DNA of 64,000 nucleotides. Origin: Scenedesmus sp. PABB004. Its lineage: Eukaryota. The stretch lies in NCBI GenBank assembly GCA_014905635.1, contig CM026548.1, positions 1,426,001 through 1,490,000 on the forward strand. Direction: 5' to 3'. The notes under the pieces are model-generated. The model had not been told where the DNA came from. It ran no database searches and saw only the letters and a list, made by a program, of their open reading frames with translations. Shown one piece after another: positions 33,027-44,625 of this stretch (position 1 is the first letter of the stretch; the number at the start of each line of letters is the position of its first letter). The position numbers and the translations under genes are program-made.

Positions 33027-36000
33027 ATGCCGGGGCGCGACATGCGCGGCACGGGCCGCTACCCACCGCAGCCGCGCTTCTCGCCGTTTCAGTTCTACAC
33101 CGCGATCCGGTGCGACGCGCTCCCAGGCGTGCAGGCGCTGCGGGCGGCCCGCCGCCGCCGCGCCTGGGAGCGCGCTACGCTGCTGCTCCGCGCGCGCGCA
33201 GCCTGGGCGACCCGGAGCTGCTGGCCAAGATCATGGCCGTGGATCCATACTTCGTCACGCAGGCGCGAGCCGCCGGGCGGGGCCGCGGCCGTGCGCACGA
33301 CCGCAGCGCGCCGCGCAGCTCAGCCCGCGCCCGCCGCGCCGCACGCGCCCGCAGGACAACGGCGCGGGCGCGCCGCTGCACTTCGCCGTGACCTACCGCC
33401 AGCTGGACATGGTGCGCGCAGCTGGCGCGTGGCCCGCCGCCGCGCTGGGGGGCCGCGCGTCGTCACCGCCGGCGGCGCGCACGCGCAGGCGCACCACCTG
33501 CTGAACAACGGCGCGCTGGTCAACCAGCGCGACGCGCGCGGCTGGACGCCGCTGCACCGCGCCGCGCACCTGGCGCACCTGGAGGGGTACGCCCAGCTCT
33601 ACGAGTACCTGCTGGTGCGCGGCGCGCTGCGGGGCGCTGCGCGGCGGAGCAGACGGCGCGCGCGCGCAGGGCGCGAGCTGCGCCCTCAGCCGCATGCCTT
33701 GGCGCCGGCGCTGGGCCCGCCCGCGGCTGCACGAGCACGCGCGCGCCGCTCCGCAGAGCCGCGGCGCCGACCCGTCGCTGTGCACCGCCGAGGGTGACGC
33801 CTACCTCGACCCGGGGGCCAAGACCCCCGCCGGCGTGGCGGCGGACGACGGCGTGCGCTCGCGCCTGGCAGCCCTCGACGCGACGTACGCGGGTGAGGGA
33901 CCGCGCGCGGCGCCGTCAAGGGGGTGGTGGCGGTGGGCGGCTGGGGGGAGAGGGGCCAAGGGGCCAGCGTGCGGCGCGGGCGTGGGCCGCCACCACTCCC
34001 GGCGCCCGCGCTTTGCGTGCGCGCACCCGGCGCAGGCGTGGCCAAGGCGCCGCTGCCGCACGCCGACGCGGGCGACTGGTGGGCGCTGTATGACTACGGC
34101 CCCGACGTCGTGGCCGCCTGGCCCGCCGACGCCACGCCGCCCTACCCCGGTGCGCGGCGCGCCCGGCGGCGCCGGAGCGCGTGCGCGGGGCGCTGCTCGC
34201 GCGGCGGCGGAGCGGGCGCCGCAGCGCCCAGGACCGCCCGCCCGCGCGCCGCCCGCGCGCGCGCAGAGGTCGCGGCGCGCGCGCGCACGCGCGCCGCGGC
34301 CAGGGCGGCCAAGGCGGCGCGGCGCGAGGCGGCGGGCAAGGTGCGGCGGCGCACGCTGCTGCGGTGCGCGGCTGCGCAGCGCACGCGGCGGCCAGCAGCC
34401 GCACCCCCGCCCCCACCACCCGCCCGCGTGCAGGCGCTGGCCGCGCTGGCCGCCCAGGGCTTTGCCGCGCCCTTCACCGCCGCGGACGCGGCGGCTGCCG
34501 CGGCCGCCGCAGCGGGCCCGTCCGTCGCGGGTGCGCGCCGCCGCCGCGGGCGCGCCGCCGCCTGCCGGCCGGCTGCTGACACGCCCGCGCGTGCCCGCCC
34601 GTCGCAGGCGTGCCGCGCGCCCCCGCGGCGCCGGGCCTGCCCGTGGCGCTGCTGTTCCCGGGGCAGGGCAGCCAGGCGGTGGGCATGCTGGGTGGCGCCG
34701 CGGCGGCGCTGCCGGCCGTCGCGGCCATGCTGGACACCGCGGCGCGCGTGCTGGGCTACGACCTGGCCGCCCTCATCGCCGAGGGTGCGGCCGCCCGCGG
34801 CCGCCGCGACAGCGCGGGCGGCCCTCAGCGCGCGCGGCGCCCTCGAGCGCGCCCGCGCACGCCGCCGCCCACGGGCCCGCTCGCGCTGCCCCGGCCGGCG
34901 GCCCGCTGCCCGCTCGTTGCCCGCGCAGGCCCCAAGGCCCGCCTCGACGACACGGCCGTCGCGCAGCCCGCGCTCTTCGTGGCCAACCTGGCCGCGCTGG
35001 AGGTGCTGCGCGCGCGCGAGCCCGCCACCGTGGCCTGGTGCGCGGCGGCAGCGCGGCGGCGGCGCGGCGGCGCACGTTCCGCGCGCTGAGCGCGCAGAGC
35101 GCCGCCCGACACCGCCTCGCGCCGCCGCGCAGCGCGCGCGTGCTGGCGGGGCTGAGCCTGGGCGAGTACAGCGCGCTGGTGGCGGCGGGGGCGATGAGCT
35201 TCGAGGACGGCCTGCGGGTGCGGCGGCGCGGGCAGGGCTGGAGCGTGCGGCAGTGCTGCGTGCTGCGGTGCTGCGCGGCGCCGCGTCGCACCCCCGCCGC
35301 CGCCGCCGCCGGCGCCAGGTGGTCAAGGCGCGCGGCGAGGCGATGGCGGCGGCCGCGGCGGTGCCGCCGGGCGGGCGGGCGCACGGCATGCTGAGCGTGG
35401 TGGGGCTGGACGACGGCACGCTGTCGCGCCTCGCGGCCGAGTCGGCGGCGGGCCTGGGCGACGGCACGGTGTGCCAGGTGGCCAACTACCTGTTTCCCCA
35501 GGTGCGGCGGCACGCGGGCAGCAGCGCACGCGTGCGCGCGTGAGGGCAGTGGCACGCCTGCGCGGGACGCGTTCAGGCGCGCGCCCACCCGCCCCCTCGA
35601 CCCCGCGCGCGCGCTGCAGGGCCGCGTGGTGTCGGGGCACGTCGACGCGCTGGAGGCGCTCGCCGCGGCGGCGCAGGCCGCGGGCGCGCTCAAGACGGCG
35701 CGGCTGGCGGTCAGCGGCGCCTTCCACACGCGCCTCATGGCGCCCGCGCGCGACGCGCTCGCACAGGCGCGCGGCGCGCTGCCGCCGCGGCGTGTGCGCA
35801 GGCGGCGCTCGCTGTCGCCTCCCTCCCCAATCATTGGGGGGTGCCCACGCCGAGGAACGGGCCGCCCCGGCCGCAGGTGCTCGCGGGCGTGGCCATCTCG
35901 GCGCCGGCGGTGCCGGTGCTGTCCAACGTCACCGCCGCGCCCTTCCCGGCCGACCCTGACGCGATTCGCGCGCTGCTGGGCCGGCAGCTGGTGGAGCCGG

Positions 36001-36314
36001 TGCGCTGGGAGGACGCGCTGGCGGGCCTGCTCAGCGGCGAGGAGGCGGAGGAGCCCGGCGGCGCGGGGTGCGTGACGCGGGCGCTGCGCGCGCTGCGGCT
36101 GCACGCGCGCGCCCGGCGGCGGCGCCGCGTTGCGGGCTGCGGCGCAGCGGGCTGCGGACCGGCCGCCGCGCGTGGTGCGTGCGCGCCGCCGCGCAGGGCC
36201 TGGCGCGGTTCGACGCGGCTGTACGAGGTCGGGCCTGGGGCGCAGATCAAGGCCATGGTGCGCCGCCTCAGCGCGGACGCGTGGCGCGGCCTCACCAACA
36301 TCAGCGCCGCGTGA
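33027..36314 (+). CDS. Ankyrin-repeat / malonyl-CoA:ACP transacylase (FabD-like acyltransferase) fusion; about 16 exons
   Basis: N-terminal ANK (GAPLHFAV, GWTPLHRAA, LLSRGADP) splices in frame to an AT domain: LLFPGQGSQ, AQPALFV, AGLSLGEY, VANYLFP, LAVSGAFHT, VLSNVTA, QLVEPVRW, YEVGPG. Confidence 0.85.
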
Positions 36315-36802
36315 CGCGCGCGGCGGCGGGGGCGGCGGGGGCGGCGGGGGCGGCGCGCTGCTGGCCGAGCCGGGCGCGGGGGCAGTTGACGCGCGCGGAG
36401 CGTGCTGTTGAGGGCCGGCGGAGGTGACCAAGGGCCGCCGAGCGTTACGTGCATGCCTGTACACACAGTGCGGCCGGCCGGCGGCGAGGGCTGTACAGCT
36501 GTGCACACACCTGCCCGCCCGATGCGCGTGCGTGCGTGCGTGGTCGCCCTCGCGCCGCCCCCGCCCCGCCCGCGGCTGCAGCGCCCCGCTGCAGCGCGCC
36601 CGCGCGCCGCGCGCGCGCCGCCCGCCGCCTGCCTCGCGGCAGGCCGGCCGCCGCGGCGCACGCGCGCGCCCCCGCCCCCTGCGCCGGCGTCTGCGCCACG
36701 CCGCCGACCGCGGCCCCGCCCAGCCCCGCCCCGCCGCCCCAGCACCCCCCGCGGCGGGGCGTGGGGTGAGGGGTTTGAGGGTTTAGGCCTCAGTCGTTGG
36801 CC

Positions 36803-39800
36803 TCAGTCGTCGCCCTGCTCGGGCGGTGCGTCGAGGGTGATGAGGTCGTCGATGCGCAGGATGGTCAGCGCCGCCTCGGTCGCAAACTGGGGGCGGGGGG
36901 GGGGGGGACGGGGGGGGGGACAGGGGCGGAGCGTGCGGTGTGAGCGTGCGCGTGCGCGCGTGCGCGTGTTGGTGCGTGGGCGTGTAGGTGGTGGTGACGT
37001 GCAGAGGCCAGGGGCGGCGGCGGCGGCGGCGGCTGGCGCGAGGCGCGCGCGCGCGCCGCCCGAGCCAACCTCCAATCACCCCCGCGCAGCCCTCCCTCCC
37101 TCCCTCCCTCACACACCCACACCACACACACCTGTATCATCTTGGTCTTGCTCAGCGCCGGCTCCAGCACGCCCGCGGCCACGTTGTCCACGAGCCGCCC
37201 GTTCACCAGGTCCAGCCCGTACGCCGACAGGCCAGCCTTGTCCGGCACCGTCTGCGCGGCGTGGTGGAACGCGCGCAGCTTGGCCACCAGCTCTGTCGCG
37301 TCCTGCGCGGCGCGGCGCGGCGCGGGCGGGGGCGCGTGGGCGCGACGGCGCGGTGGCGCGGTCGGGGCGCGGGCGGCGGCGGCCCTCGCGCAGCCCTCAG
37401 GCAGGCCGGCACGACGGCGCACGAGCCCCCTCTCCTCTCCCCCCCCCCCCTCTCCTCTCCCCCCAAAACACACGCCCGCCCGCCCCCGCCCCCGCCCCCG
37501 CCCCTCTCGCCCCCCCCCCCACACACACCTTTGCCGCGTTCACCGCGAGCGTCTTTGGCAGCACCAGCAGCGCGTCGGCAAACTCGGCGATCGCGAGCTG
37601 CTCGCGGCTGCCCAGGCTGGTGGCAAAGGCCTCGAGGTAGATCGACAGCCCAGCCTCCACTGCGCCGCCGCCTGGGGGTTGGGTGTTGGGGGGGGGGGGG
37701 GGGGGCGCGGGGACCGGAGGTGAGTGAGGAGTGAGTGAGTGGAGTGAGTGAGGGAGGGCGTTGCGGGCGCCGCCGGCCGGCCGGCCCGCCGCGGCTGCGC
37801 CTCCCCCGTGCTGCCACGCACGCAGGCGCACGCAGGCGCGTGACGTGGGCAGCCCCTGCCCTGACCGCTCACCCGGCACGACGGCGCCGCTCTCGAGCAC
37901 GCGCTTGACCACGCAGAGCGCGTCGTGGAGGGAGCGGTCCATCTCGTCCAGGTGCATGTCGTTCGCGCCGCGCAGCAGCAGCGTCGCGGCCGACCCGCCC
38001 GCCGCGCCCCGGATCATGACCTGTGCAGGGTGTGGGTGGGTGTGGGGGTGGGTGGGTGGGTGGGTGGGGGAGGGGGGTGGGGCGCGTCGAGGGCGACGGC
38101 GGCGCGCCGCCGAGAGGCACACCGCGCGGCGCGCGGCGCGCCCTCGGCAGGCCGCCCCCCAACACCCCCCCCCTCTGGACGGCGCGCGCAGCGCACCATG
38201 GCGTCGTCGGCCACGCGGACCTCCTCCACCTCCTCCGCGCTGCCCAGCGCCGAGGCGTCAAAGCTCTCCCCGCCGTCCATGTCGGCGAGCGTCAGCACCA
38301 CGCGCCCGCCCGTCGCGCGCGCGATGCGCCTGCGGGGCGCGGGGCGCGGGGCGGGGCGCGGCGGGGCGGGTCGGGCGGCGCAGGGGGGGACGGGGCCGGG
38401 CGGCGGCGCCGCACCGCGCGCAAGCACCCCCTGCCCTCTCTCTCTCTCCCTCCCTCTCGCGCGCACGCGCGCCTCCCGACCTCCCTCCCTCAGCAGCGCC
38501 CCCCCTCGCTGCGCAGCCACCCTTCCCCCCCTCCGCTCAGCCCCCCCCTGGGGCGCCCACCCATCCCCGCTCACTTGAGGTCCTCCTTGGCCACGCGGCG
38601 CACCGCCAGCACCCCCGCCTCCACAAAGTACTTGAGCGTCATGTCGTCGATGCCCTTGGTCGTGAGCACCACGTTGGCGCCTTGGGTGTGTGTGTGGGGG
38701 GGGGGGGTGAGAGGCAGTGTGTGAGTGTGCTTGAGGGAGGAGGATAGGGAGGAGGCGAGGGAGAGGGAGGGAGGGCGAGCAGCGCAGCAGGCACCGCTGC
38801 CCAGCCGCCGCCCCCCGCCGTCCCCGCGCCGCCCCCGCGCGCGCGCGCCGCTGCGGCGCCGCCGTCGCGCCGCACCGGCCTCCAGAATCTTTGCGACGCG
38901 CTCCTTGGTGATGTCGCTCTCGCGCGCCCGGATGGCCTCCAGCTCCTTGGGGTCCGTCACGAGCACCTGGGCCGCGCCGCGGCACAGCACACAGCACGCA
39001 CAGCACGCGCGGCGGCAGGGCGCGGCGCGGGGTCAGGGCGCGCAGGGGGCGGGGCGGGGCCGCGGCGCGCGCGCGGCCGCCGTCGCCCGTCGCACCCGTC
39101 GCGCCCGCCGCGGGGCACCCCCCCTAAACCCCGCCGCCAGGGCCCCGCTAAACCCCGCTCTGCACGCACCTGCACGCCCATGTGCAGGCGCGCCTTCTGC
39201 AGGTTCATGTCGAGGCAGGCGATGCGCGCGGGGGACACGCTGGGCAGCGGCGCGGGGGGGATGGGGGGGGGGGAATTGGGGGCGTGCGGGCGTGCAGGGG
39301 CGTGTGCGCGGCAGGGCGCGCGCCGCCCCTGCCCCTGCCGCCGGCGCCGGCGCCGGCGCTGCCCCTCCCTGCCCCCCCCCCCCCCCCCACACCACCCCCA
39401 CCCCACCCACTCACCGCGTGGGCATGCCCTGCGCCGCGCGGCCCGCGTTGATCGCGTAGCCGCGGATGAGGCTGCTCTCGAGCGCGCTGCGCCCGCTGGC
39501 CTTGAGCACGTTGATGGAGCGCACCGGGTAGCGCACGCGCCCGCCCTGCGGGAGGGTGTGGTGGGTGGTTGGGTGCGTTGGGTGGGTGGGCGCGCGTGCG
39601 TGCGTGTGTGTGTGAGAGAGGGTGCGGCGGCGCGCGCGGCGCGGCGCGGCGCGGCGCGGCGCGGCGCTCGGCCGAGGCGGCGGGGCGGCGGTGAGGGCGG
39701 CTGCGGCCGGTGTGTCGCTGGGTACTTCATGCCGGGCGGAGCCGCCCGCCCCGCCGCCCCCCTCCCCCTTTGCCGCCCCGGGCGCGGCGGCGGGCGCGCA

Positions 39801-40160
39801 GCAGGTTGGGTGCCACGCCGAGGGCCGAGCTCCGGCGTGAACCACCACCTGCTGCGCGCCCCCGCCGCCGCGCCCGTCGCCACCCCGCGCACGCGCGCGC
39901 GGCGCCTGCAGCGCCGCACGCGCACACACGCGCAGCGCCGCACCGCGCCGCGCTGCCCGGCGCACCGCGTCTGTCGTCGCGACGGCGGTGATGGCGTCGA
40001 CGACCATCTCCCCGAAGAACTGCCCCTCCGCGCCGACGACCTTGCTGCCCATGCTCGTCCGCGCCGCCGCGAGCAGCGTGTCGCGGGAGAGCGACTCGGT
40101 GCGGATGGCGAGCAGCTCGTCGATGAACTTGACAGACTGCGCGGGGGTTAGGGTGGGTGC

Positions 40161-40223
<63 letters not shown>

Positions 40224-41131
40224 TCGGTGAGGAGCGGTGGGGTGGGTGGAGAGGGTGGCGAGAGGGTGGCGAGGGGAGCGAGGGCGCATCGGGGCCGTGG
40301 CAGAGAGGGGCGGGCGGCGCGGCGCGGGCGCCGCCCGGCCGCGCGCCGCCAGGCAGCCCCCAGACCAGCCCCCGCCTCTCCCTGCCACGCACCTCGCGCA
40401 TGGCGAGGCGGTAGCCGGCGATGATGCTCGTGGGGTGCACCTTGGCGCGCACGAGGTCGTTCGCGCGGCGCAGCAGCTCCGCGGCCAGGATGACCACGCT
40501 CGTGGTGCCGTCACCGACCTCCTGGTCCTGCAGGTCAGCCAGCTCCACCAGGATCTGCAGTCACCAGCGCGGCAGGGGCGCGGCGGAGAAGGCGAGGGCG
40601 CGTGAGCGGCGGCGCACGCGCCGCGCTGCGCTCGGCGGCGGCGGCGGCCGTGCGCGGCGCGCGATCGCGCCATGCGCTGCGCCCCGGGCGCGCGGGGGGA
40701 GCGGCGCACGGCGTCCCGCCGGCGGCGCGGCCGGGGCGCCGCCGCGCGGGCGCGCGCGGGCGCGGGGCGCGCCGCCGCTGCTGCGTCGCGCCGCCGCGCC
40801 TTTGCTGCGGGGTGCTGGATCTCCAGCAGCTTCAGGATGGTCGCGCCGTCGTTGGTGACCGTCACGTCGCCGATGTCGTCGACCAGCATCTGCGCTCGCG
40901 CCGGGCGGGCGGGGTGATGGCGGGCGCGCGCCATCACCGGGCCGCCCCGCCGGCGCGGCGCCCCGCCGCGGCGCGCGCGCGCGCCTTGTCGAGGCCCACG
41001 GGACCCAGGCTGGTCTTGACGATGTTGGCGATCGCGGAGACGGCCGTGACGTTCTGCGTGCGCACATCCTGCCCGCTCTGGCGCTCCCCCGCTATCTGCA
41101 GCCGCCCCGCCGGCGTCGGCCCGGTGGCCAT
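36803..41131 (-). CDS. CCT1: T-complex protein 1 subunit alpha (chaperonin CCT alpha); about 14 exons
   Basis: [78 protein letters not shown]. Confidence 0.96.
40163..40218 (+). repeat. (GT)n microsatellite in a CCT1 intron
   Basis: About 27 GT units are visible. Confidence 0.9.
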
Positions 41132-41530
41132 GGAGCGCGACCGGCGGCGCCGCGGGCGCTGGGGGCGCGCGTGCTGCGGGCGCGCAGGCTGCGCGGGAAA
41201 AGGATCAGCTGCCGCCGCGGCGCGCTGGGGGCTGCGGGCGGGGCGGGCGACGCGGCGGTACGTTTGATCGGGCGCGTGCGGCGTGATGAGCGGGTGGGGC
41301 GCTCGAGACGGCGGGCCAGGGCGCCGCGGTTTGGCTCGAGCAGCACCGCGCGGTCTCGCGGAGAGCAGCCTCGCCCTGTGCCGCTGGCAGCGCCGGCACC
41401 GCTCGCACCGCCAGTCACAGCCGCGCGCGACCGTCGCACGCCGGTCCTGGTCCCACGCCGCCGCGCGCGGCCGCGCGCGCTCGAGCGCGCCGCTGCTGGC
41501 TGTCGCGGCGCGGCGCCGGCTGCGCGCGGC

Positions 41531-44473
41531 ATGGCCGTCCTGGCGGCGCTGCAGCTGGCGGTGGCGGTCCTGCGCCACCCCGCAGTGGCGGCGGTGCAGG
41601 TGCGACGGCGCGGCCGCGGGCGCGCGACGCCCCTGGCGGCGCCAGCAGCGCGCCGCCGACGCGGACCGGCCGCCGACCGCCGCAGGCGCTCGGCACCGCC
41701 ATCCTGCTGGTCGGCTGGGCGGGCTGGGGCCTGGCGGCGCTGCGCCGCGGCCGCGAGGCGGCGCGCCTCGAGGCGGGCGGCTACGCCGCTGCGCTGGCGG
41801 CCGCGGAGGAGGCCGACGGCGCCGCGGCCGCGCCGGCGGAACCTGCGCTGGCGCCGCGCGCCGCCGCCGACGGCGCCGGCGCGCGGCAGCGGCGGGCGCG
41901 GCCGCCGGCCAAGCAGCAGCAGGGCGGGCAGCAGGCGGCGGTCAGCATATGGCGCTCCCGCCCGCCCGGCAGCGCGGTGCGTGTCACGGTGCTGCGCGTC
42001 AGTCAGCAGGGAGGCGGGGGCCGCCCGCCACCGCCGGGCCGCCGCCGCCGGGCCGCCGCCGCCGCCGCGCCCCGACCGCTCGTGCCGCGCCGTGCCGCAG
42101 GCCGCCGATGCGGCGTGGCCGCCGCTGGCCGTGGTGTGCCCAGTCAAGGGCTGCCGGCCGCACGGCGCCGACAACTGGGCCAGCCAGCTGGCCGCGCACT
42201 ACGGTGTGCCGCGGCCGCGAGGCGGGGCGCGCGCCGCGCCGTGTGCTGTGCCCTTGGGCTGCCAGGGTGGCCGCCGACCCTCGCTCCGCCCTCCCTCCCT
42301 CCCGCCGCCGCTGCGCAGGCGGGCCGCGCGTGTTTGTGTTTGCCGTCGAGTCGCCCGCCGACCCGGCGGTGGCGGCGCTCTCGGCGCTGCTGGCGGGCTG
42401 CGAGCCCCTCGCGCCCGCGCCCGGCGCGCTGCCGCCGCTGCCGGGGCACGTGCTGGCCGCGTGGCGGCAGGGCCCCGGGCGCCTGGTGCTGCTGGTCAGC
42501 GCCGGCCTGGCGTCGACCTGCAGCCAAAAGATTCACAAGTGAGGCGGCGGTGTGTGTGGTTGGTTGTGTGCGTGTGTGCGTGTGGGGGGGGGGGGGCAGG
42601 CGGGGTGGGCGCGGGGCGCACCTGCCCCACTATCGCCCCCGGCACGCGCCCCCGCCTCGCCGCCGTGCCGCCGCCGCCCGCAGCATCCTGGCTGGCATCG
42701 ACGCCGCCCTACCCGCGCTGGCGGCGCTCGCGCCCGGCGCCGGCGCCGGCGCCGGCGCCGGCGGCTGCAGCAGCGGCGGCGGGAGCTGCAGCAGCAACGG
42801 CGCCGGCAGCAGCGCCAGCGGCGGCGGCGACGCGCGCGCCGGCGGCGACGGCGCGAGCGGCGTCGGTGACGGCGGCGGCGACGGCGCGAGCGGCGGCATG
42901 TGCGGCGGGGGTGCGGGTATGTGTGTGTGCTGGACGACGACGTTGCGCTGCACCCGCTGAGCCTGGCGCAGCTGGTGGACTGCCTGGAGGCCGACCCGCA
43001 GCTGTTCATGGCCACTGGTGGGTGTGGTGTGGTGGGTGGGTGGGTGGGTGGGTGGTGGGTGGGTGGGTGGGTGCCGCTGCGCGCACGCCCGCCGCCGCGC
43101 GCCGGCCCGGGACGGGCGCCCTGTGCCCTGCGCTCTGCGCCCCGACCCCACAACCCCCCCCCCCCGCACCCCCCCAGGCTATCCGTGGGACATCGTGCCG
43201 CCGCCGGGCGGCGCAGCGGAGCGGCGCGGGCGCGGCGGCGCGTGGGGCCGGCTGCTGGCGCATGCCGCGGCGGCGTGGCACCTCCCGCTGCTCATAGGTT
43301 TCTCACTCGCCGACAGCGGGGGCTTCGTGTGGGGCGGCGCGATGCTGCTGCGCGCGCACGCCCTCGCGGCGCCGCCGCGCGCGGGCGGGCCGCAGCGGCG
43401 GCAGGACGCGCCGAGCATTCTCGAGGTGGGTGCCGGCCCGCCCTGGCGCCTCCCTCCCCTCTCCTGCGCGCGCGCGGTTGCACTGCCGGCGCCCGCAGCG
43501 TGCCGCGCGCCGCGCGCCGCCGCCGTGAGCCGTCCCGCCCGCCCGGTCGCGCCGCGCGGCCGCGCGTGTGCGCGGGGCTCACACAGGTGTGGCGGGACGG
43601 CGGCTACAGTGACGACCTGCTCCTGGCGGGGCTCTGCGCCGACCGGGGGCTGCGCATCGGGCTGCCCGCGTCGGCGCACTTCCCGCAGCGCCTGCCTCCC
43701 GCCTTCACCTGGGCCCAGTGAGCGCGCCGCGCGCCCCGCGCCGCCCCGCGCCGCCCCGTGCGGCCAGGCCTGCCCTGCCCTCGATCGACGCTTCCCTTCA
43801 CCCAAAACCCCTCCCCTCAACCCGGCCACCACTGCTGCCCCCCTCAACCCTGCCACCACTGCTGCCCCCCTAAACCCTGCCGCAACTGCTGCCCCCCTAA
43901 ACCCTGCCACCACTGCTGCCCCCCTAAACCCTGCCTCAACCCTCCCTAAACCCTGCACCCAGGTACTGGAACTACCTCACCCGCCAGCTGGTCGTGCTCG
44001 ACACCTACGCCAGCCCAGCCGCCGCAGCCACACACCGCGCCCTCCTCGCGGCCCACGTCGCCGGCAGCGCCGCGCTCGCGGGCGCCGCGGGCGCGGCGGC
44101 GCTGCAGCTCGCGGCCGGCGCCGCGGGCGCCGCGGCGGGCGGCGGCGTGGCGGCGGCGGGCGCCGCGTTGACGCCCGCGGCGTGGGCGTTCCTGGGCGCC
44201 GCGGCCGCGGCGCAGGCGTCGCTGGCGGCGCTCGCGGCGGGCGTGGCGCGGCTCTTTCGCGTGCTCTCGCCGCGCGCGCCGCCGCCGGCGCCGCCCGCGT
44301 GGGGCCTGGTGTGGGCGGGCTGGCTGCTGGGCAGCGCGGTGCTGCCGGCCGCGGCGCTGGCGGTGCTGTCGCGGCCGACCATCACCTGGGGGGGCATCAC
44401 CTACCTACGGCGCCGCGGCCGCGTCGTGTGCGTCACGCACCCCCGTGGCGCCCAGGCGGCGCCCGGCGGCTGA
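41531..44473 (+). CDS. GCS: Glucosylceramide synthase (GT21, plant-type); one apparent 1-nt frameshift near 42915
   Basis: N-terminal TM; VVCPVKG, FVFAVES, TCSQKIHN, VLDDDV.LHP, FMATG|YPWD, FVWGGAM, GGYSDDL, YWNYLTRQL..LDTY, ITWGGITY. Confidence 0.85.
43814..43955 (+). repeat. 27-bp intronic minisatellite containing CCCTAAACCC
   Basis: tcaa/taaa cores at 43817, 43844, 43871, 43898 and 43925. Confidence 0.85.
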
Positions 44474-44625
44474 CGGCCGGCCGGGCGGCTGCGCGCGGCG
44501 CGGCGCGCTGGCGGCGGGGCTGCCGTGGTCGTGGCGGCGGGGAGGTTGCGACGGTGCGAGCCTCTTCTGAGAGAGGGTTTTGCAGTACCTGCCGCCCCTG
44601 CCAGCAACGGCGCCGCCGCCGCGTG

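Noticed and set aside
33027..44473. Lipid biosynthetic gene cluster (acyltransferase plus glucosylceramide synthase)
   Set aside because: The genes are separated by CCT1 and act in different pathways, and no PKS or FAS is in the window; the proximity is probably coincidental.
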